Source of the DNA: Candidatus Poribacteria bacterium
Lineage (GTDB): Bacteria > Poribacteria > WGA-4E > WGA-3G
Assembly (NCBI GenBank): GCA_965198235.1
Contig: OZ240248.1
Coordinates: forward strand, 2,912,001 to 2,976,000
Direction of reading: 5' to 3'
DNA length: 64,000 nt
Shown here in pieces: positions 60,165 to 64,000 of the stretch; position 1 is the first letter of the stretch, and every line of letters begins with the position of its first letter. The notes beneath the pieces are model-generated. The model saw only the letters and a program-made list of their open reading frames with translations. It was not told the origin of the DNA and ran no database searches. The position numbers were made by a program, and so were the translations under genes.

Positions 60165-61601
60165 CTAAAGGAGATCGTTGACGGTGATTACCTCTGTGTC
60201 GCCAGTTTTGATTTGAATTCGGCGCATGGGTTCATCGGGAACCAGGCGGAGCAGAGAATCGTAATTCGCTTGGTTTGCGTAATCCTGTTGCGCCTGTAGA
60301 TCGCGTTCCATCAAGTCTACCTCAACGTTCTTACCTGCTTTCCGCAAGGTTTCAGCAAGACGTTGTGCCTCCGCAATGCGTTCTGGTGTTTCTGCTGCGA
60401 TGAAGTAGTCTTTTCTCCCGTTAACAGTTGCCTGGCTCGTGTCGGTGAAGGCTTCTACAAGTGCGTCAAATTGAAATGCAAATCCAGCACCAGGCATCGA
60501 CGGACCCCCGAAGGAGGCGATCAAGTTGTCGTATCTCCCACCGCCACAAATCGGTAAACGTTTCTCAGACAATTCAATCTGAAAAACCGTGCCGGTATAG
60601 AAATCGAATCCGCGCGTGATGCCCAAATTGATTTCAAAATCTGTGATACCATAGTTTTCCAAACAGGCACAGAGGGCAAGCAGTTCTTGATGTGCTGCTT
60701 GTGCGGTATCACCGAGACACGTCTCCCACGCTGTCATCACGGTGTTCTTATCGCCACAAACCTTTGAGACATCTATGCAACACTGTGCTATCTCTTCAGA
60801 AACACTGAAATAACGGTGCCATCTCGCCTTATAGGTCTCCTCAGCAATCGTCGGTAGCTTCTCCGCAAAAGCAGGGACGGTGCTTTCGGTTAATTCCTGA
60901 ATCGCGGCGATCTCAATCTTGTAAGCACCTTGGTAGTCAGGTCCTTGCAAACGACGCAACATATTAAACGCATCTCGGAGCGTTTCCAGATCCCAAAGTT
61001 CGCTTTCGTTACGGAGTCGGACAAGATGGTCGATATCCCAAATCATTTCTGCTTGGTCTTTTGGATCCAGCGCGCCCTGTTTGAAAATCTCACGGAAGAC
61101 CCCTGTATTGCCGATTCTTAACTTTGTATGTGAGATGTTGAGTTTCTCCAGGACTCGGATCGGAATCGTAATAATTTCAGCGTCTGCATGGGCAGAAGCC
61201 GGTCCAATGAGTTCAACACCTGCTTGTCGGAATTCCCGTCTTACTTCGGCACCGTCGATAATCGGCTCCTGTCGAACACATTGCCCAATGTAGTAGAGTT
61301 TATATGGATAAGGAAGGTGTTTTAGTTCCCCATTGGCAATGAGTCTGCAGACAGGTGCAGTCAGCTCAGGTCTCAGGGCATAATCTACCCGATCCGAACC
61401 GACGAACGTGAACATCTTGTGCCGGATCTCTTCGCCAGATTGCGCGGATAATAGTGCAAAGGATTCAAACAGCGGGGTCTGAACCTGTGCGTATCCGTAG
61501 GTTTCAAAGGTTTCACGAACGATATTTTCAACGTAATTTCGTTGGACCATCTGCTCAGGTAAAAAATCGTTCGTTCCAGTAGGTTTATCAAACTTTTCCA
61601 T
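60165..61601 (-). CDS. hisZ: ATP-PRT regulatory subunit (HisRS paralog)
   Basis: LRPELTAP, REFRQAGVELIG, DFYTG, GGGRYD.L...G. Adjacent to the short hisG and a bona fide hisS. Confidence 0.78.
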   Translation of the reverse strand: MEKFDKPTGTNDFLPEQMVQRNYVENIVRETFETYGYAQVQTPLFESFALLSAQSGEEIRHKMFTFVGSDRVDYALRPELTAPVCRLIANGELKHLPYPYKLYYIGQCVRQEPIIDGAEVRREFRQAGVELIGPASAHADAEIITIPIRVLEKLNISHTKLRIGNTGVFREIFKQGALDPKDQAEMIWDIDHLVRLRNESELWDLETLRDAFNMLRRLQGPDYQGAYKIEIAAIQELTESTVPAFAEKLPTIAEETYKARWHRYFSVSEEIAQCCIDVSKVCGDKNTVMTAWETCLGDTAQAAHQELLALCACLENYGITDFEINLGITRGFDFYTGTVFQIELSEKRLPICGGGRYDNLIASFGGPSMPGAGFAFQFDALVEAFTDTSQATVNGRKDYFIAAETPERIAEAQRLAETLRKAGKNVEVDLMERDLQAQQDYANQANYDSLLRLVPDEPMRRIQIKTGDTEVITVNDLL

Positions 61602-61685
61602 ATTTTAATTTTTCCTTGCGGTTCGATCAAGTGAGTCTGAATCTTTATGGAACACAGTCCAGGATCCCATAAATTCAAAAAAGTC

Positions 61686-61768
61686 AAAAAAAAACCTAGT
61701 AAACAGTTTGCTCTTTTTCTCGCAAGCACCGACAATGCAGTGCTGAGGAGAGCGGCTCGTTTACCAGG
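61686..61768 (-). terminator. Attenuator terminator upstream of hisZ
   Basis: Basal stem CCUGGUAAAC/GUUUACUAGG (61768-61759 with 61704-61695), inner stems GCUCU/AGAGC and AGCACU/GGUGCU, then nine U. Confidence 0.8.
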
Positions 61769-61809
61769 GTCCAAACAAGTTAAACTTGCTTCGTATCAAG
61801 AATGTTTAT

Positions 61810-61887
61810 TTATTTTCCCCTCATCCGCTCTACCCAGAAGTGGACCGAATGATGGTGATGTATATTAAATGTAATAGCGTTACACAT
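61810..61887 (-). CDS. hisL: his operon leader peptide MCNAITFNIHHHHSVHFWVERMRGK
   Basis: 25-codon ORF with CAT CAC CAT CAT plus a fifth His codon, lying between a promoter and a terminator upstream of hisZ-hisG-hisS. Confidence 0.85.
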   Translation of the reverse strand: MCNAITFNIHHHHSVHFWVERMRGK

Positions 61888-61985
61888 TTTTCAGTTTCGC
61901 TCGCAATCTCGAGGTCCCATCTGTTACCGGGACAGGACTAAACTCGCTGTTAAAAAGTCAGTGACTTTAAATTGGATTTAATGAT

Positions 61986-62014
61986 ATTATACCCTATCGG
62001 AAGGCAAATGTCAA
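61986..62014 (-). promoter_or_regulatory. Consensus sigma70 promoter of the his leader/operon
   Basis: TTGACA-N17-TATAAT on the minus strand. Confidence 0.8.
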
Positions 62015-62040
62015 ATTTTTTAGAAACTACCGAACACTCA

Positions 62041-63672
62041 ATGAAAATTAAACCTATTTACATCATCTCTATACTCGGTTTACTGCTATCAGTACTCCTA
62101 TGCAGTATCTACTTCCAGTTCTCCTACTTTGAACCCGATACTGTTTCATATCTATTCCAAGCAAAACTGTTCGCGGAAGGTAAACTCTCGGTGCCCGCAC
62201 CCTCAGAACACGGGTTCTCTTCTTCTCCGCATATCAACGTTCTCAACGGTAAATGGTATTCAAAATATCCGTTCGGAAATGCCTTGATGCTGATGTTCGG
62301 CGTATTTATCAACGCACCATGGCTGATTCCCGCACTTGCAACGGGGGGTGCGCTACTACTTCTCTACCTTTTTGTGAAAGAGATATATGGGAACATCCAT
62401 CCCGGAATTGCACTTATTGCTGCGGTGCTCGCGCTCATTTCGCCAGCAACACTTGGAATGGGTTCGACGTGGTTCAGCGAACCGGTGAGTCGTTTCTACC
62501 TTTCACTCTATCTCCTTACACTCTTCAGGACTCTGAATTGCAAAGACGATGCTTCTCTCCTCGCGCGAATTGGCTACCCGCTTCTCTCAGGGTTTGCGTT
62601 GGGATACGCGTTCAATACGCGACCACTCTCGGCAGTAGTCTTTGGCGTTGTCGGCGCGGGATTAACAGTTTATCACCTGTTTGCCCAATGGCAACATCGA
62701 CACGAAGCGGTGCAAGCATTGCCCTCCACAATGAAACGATTAGGGTTCTTCTTTATCCCGTTTATTGTGATGCTTGGCGTATGTATGACGTGGAACGCAC
62801 ATTTCACGGAAAGTCCGTTCATGTTCACGCATACCGTCGCGCAGCCCTACGACAAAATCGGTTTTGGTGTTCGCACAGAAGGCTACGAACCCGATCTTGA
62901 ACGGGCGTTTATTTTTACACCGGCATGGGCGATCGAAAGGACCTGGCGACATATACTTCCATGCATCAGTTTCAACGCACTCGGTTGGGGAAGTTATCAC
63001 CACAATTTACTGAAGGACATAGAATTATCAGTGACGTGGCTCATCGCCTTTGTGCCGTTAATTCTGCCGTGGTGTCTGGTATTTATACCCTTCTTCCATC
63101 GATCGCGCAACAGATACGATGTGTTCTGCCTCGCCCTACTCGTGGGCAGCTTGCTGCTTTACGCCTTCTTCTACTTTGAGGGTTCGACGTGGGGGTTCAC
63201 CCCTGTAAATGCTCGCTATTACACCGAGTCGACATTTCTTGGGTTCATCCCGTTGGCAGCGCGCGGAATATTTATCCTCTATGAACGGTTCAAACCGTTC
63301 CAAAGACGCGGACTTACGTTTGTGATTGGGATATGTTTTCTGTTGCTCAGCGTCAATATCGTGTGGAGTTATGTCCGCATTGGGAGGGTGTACCAGAATT
63401 GGAGTCCTGTCTATCAGAAACTGCCGCCGATGATAGCGGAGCGCGGTATCCACAACGCCGTTATTTTCGTGTCCCGACACCGAGGCGCGCCGATTGGGGA
63501 TTATCCGTTTAAGAGTCTCCAAGAAGCGGACATTATCTATTTTAAACTGGGTCCCACACCACGGTGGAAACTAACAAACAGTGATTGGCAGAATGTCTAC
63601 GCCCAATACTTCACTGGTAGAAATGCGTATCTGTATGTACCGGGTGAGAACAGTCTTACACAGCTAAAATAG
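62041..63672 (+). CDS. GT-C fold (ArnT/PMT-like) membrane glycosyltransferase
   Basis: PD.VSYLFQAK.F..G, SKYP.G, many TM helices, NTRP, ARYY.E. Start at MKIKP. Confidence 0.7.
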   Translation: MKIKPIYIISILGLLLSVLLCSIYFQFSYFEPDTVSYLFQAKLFAEGKLSVPAPSEHGFSSSPHINVLNGKWYSKYPFGNALMLMFGVFINAPWLIPALATGGALLLLYLFVKEIYGNIHPGIALIAAVLALISPATLGMGSTWFSEPVSRFYLSLYLLTLFRTLNCKDDASLLARIGYPLLSGFALGYAFNTRPLSAVVFGVVGAGLTVYHLFAQWQHRHEAVQALPSTMKRLGFFFIPFIVMLGVCMTWNAHFTESPFMFTHTVAQPYDKIGFGVRTEGYEPDLERAFIFTPAWAIERTWRHILPCISFNALGWGSYHHNLLKDIELSVTWLIAFVPLILPWCLVFIPFFHRSRNRYDVFCLALLVGSLLLYAFFYFEGSTWGFTPVNARYYTESTFLGFIPLAARGIFILYERFKPFQRRGLTFVIGICFLLLSVNIVWSYVRIGRVYQNWSPVYQKLPPMIAERGIHNAVIFVSRHRGAPIGDYPFKSLQEADIIYFKLGPTPRWKLTNSDWQNVYAQYFTGRNAYLYVPGENSLTQLK

Positions 63673-63708
63673 GAATAATACCTTCACCTACTCCTACAGC
63701 CTGAGAAC

Positions 63709-63999
63709 CTACATCACCTGTTCCAAAATCACGATGTCCCCAGGGTTCCACGATTGCGCGATGATGTAAAGTTTGCCATCAATCTTACGGATCACTGCAC
63801 CGTGCAGATGCTGGAAGGTTTCCACACCCAACTCCTCTTTTAACATAACGGTTGAAACGAGGTTATTTCCTTCCAATATGTAAAGCGGCGCGCCTTTCTC
63901 TCTATTGGGTCCGAAGAGACTGGCAACGACAGCGTATCCCGCCTCGTAATCAATACTGCACGGAAATGAGCCTTTGATAAGCGAAAGTGTTTCTAAATA
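63709..63999 (-). CDS. C-terminal part of a probable beta-propeller protein (partial)
   Basis: Open frame from the window edge: ...FQHLHGAVIRKIDGKLYIIAQSWNPGDIVILEQVM-stop. Confidence 0.6.
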   Translation of the reverse strand, partial: YLETLSLIKGSFPCSIDYEAGYAVVASLFGPNREKGAPLYILEGNNLVSTVMLKEELGVETFQHLHGAVIRKIDGKLYIIAQSWNPGDIVILEQVM

Positions 64000-64000
64000 G

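Noticed and set aside
61647-61868. 73-aa plus-strand ORF
   Set aside because: It is antisense to the his leader and terminator and is better explained as a shadow ORF.
1-64000. The many short antisense or overlapping ORFs in the track
   Set aside because: They lie within well-supported genes in other frames and show no motifs of their own.

Overview
A gene-dense bacterial chromosome segment. The gene content (LamG proteins with a C-terminal 'TTWxxIK' motif, a PhyH dioxygenase, a sulfatase, TPR/ankyrin/FG-GAP proteins, planctomycete-type DUF1592/DUF1552 and MoxR-vWA clusters) suggests Candidatus Poribacteria, which is my inference and not a database result. About 45 CDSs are visible, including a MoxR/DUF58/BatA/vWA operon, catabolic enzymes, a CzcCBA-type RND efflux system, argF, thrC, holA, a stand-alone tyrosine recombinase and a hisZ-hisG-hisS operon. 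Main observations: (1) an apparently intact IsrB (OMEGA, HNH-less IscB relative) with an upstream omegaRNA-like scaffold, inserted in the leader of the DUF1592 gene; (2) a complete His-codon leader-peptide attenuator upstream of hisZ-hisG-hisS that is missing from the ORF track; (3) intergenic repeat families that have entered coding sequence in frame; (4) a gluconolactonase carrying a copy of the neighbouring DUF1552 Tat leader; (5) an orphan 17/19 Fur box and a perfect sigma54 promoter. I found no rRNA, tRNA or CRISPR array by eye. All calls come from manual motif recognition without database searches.
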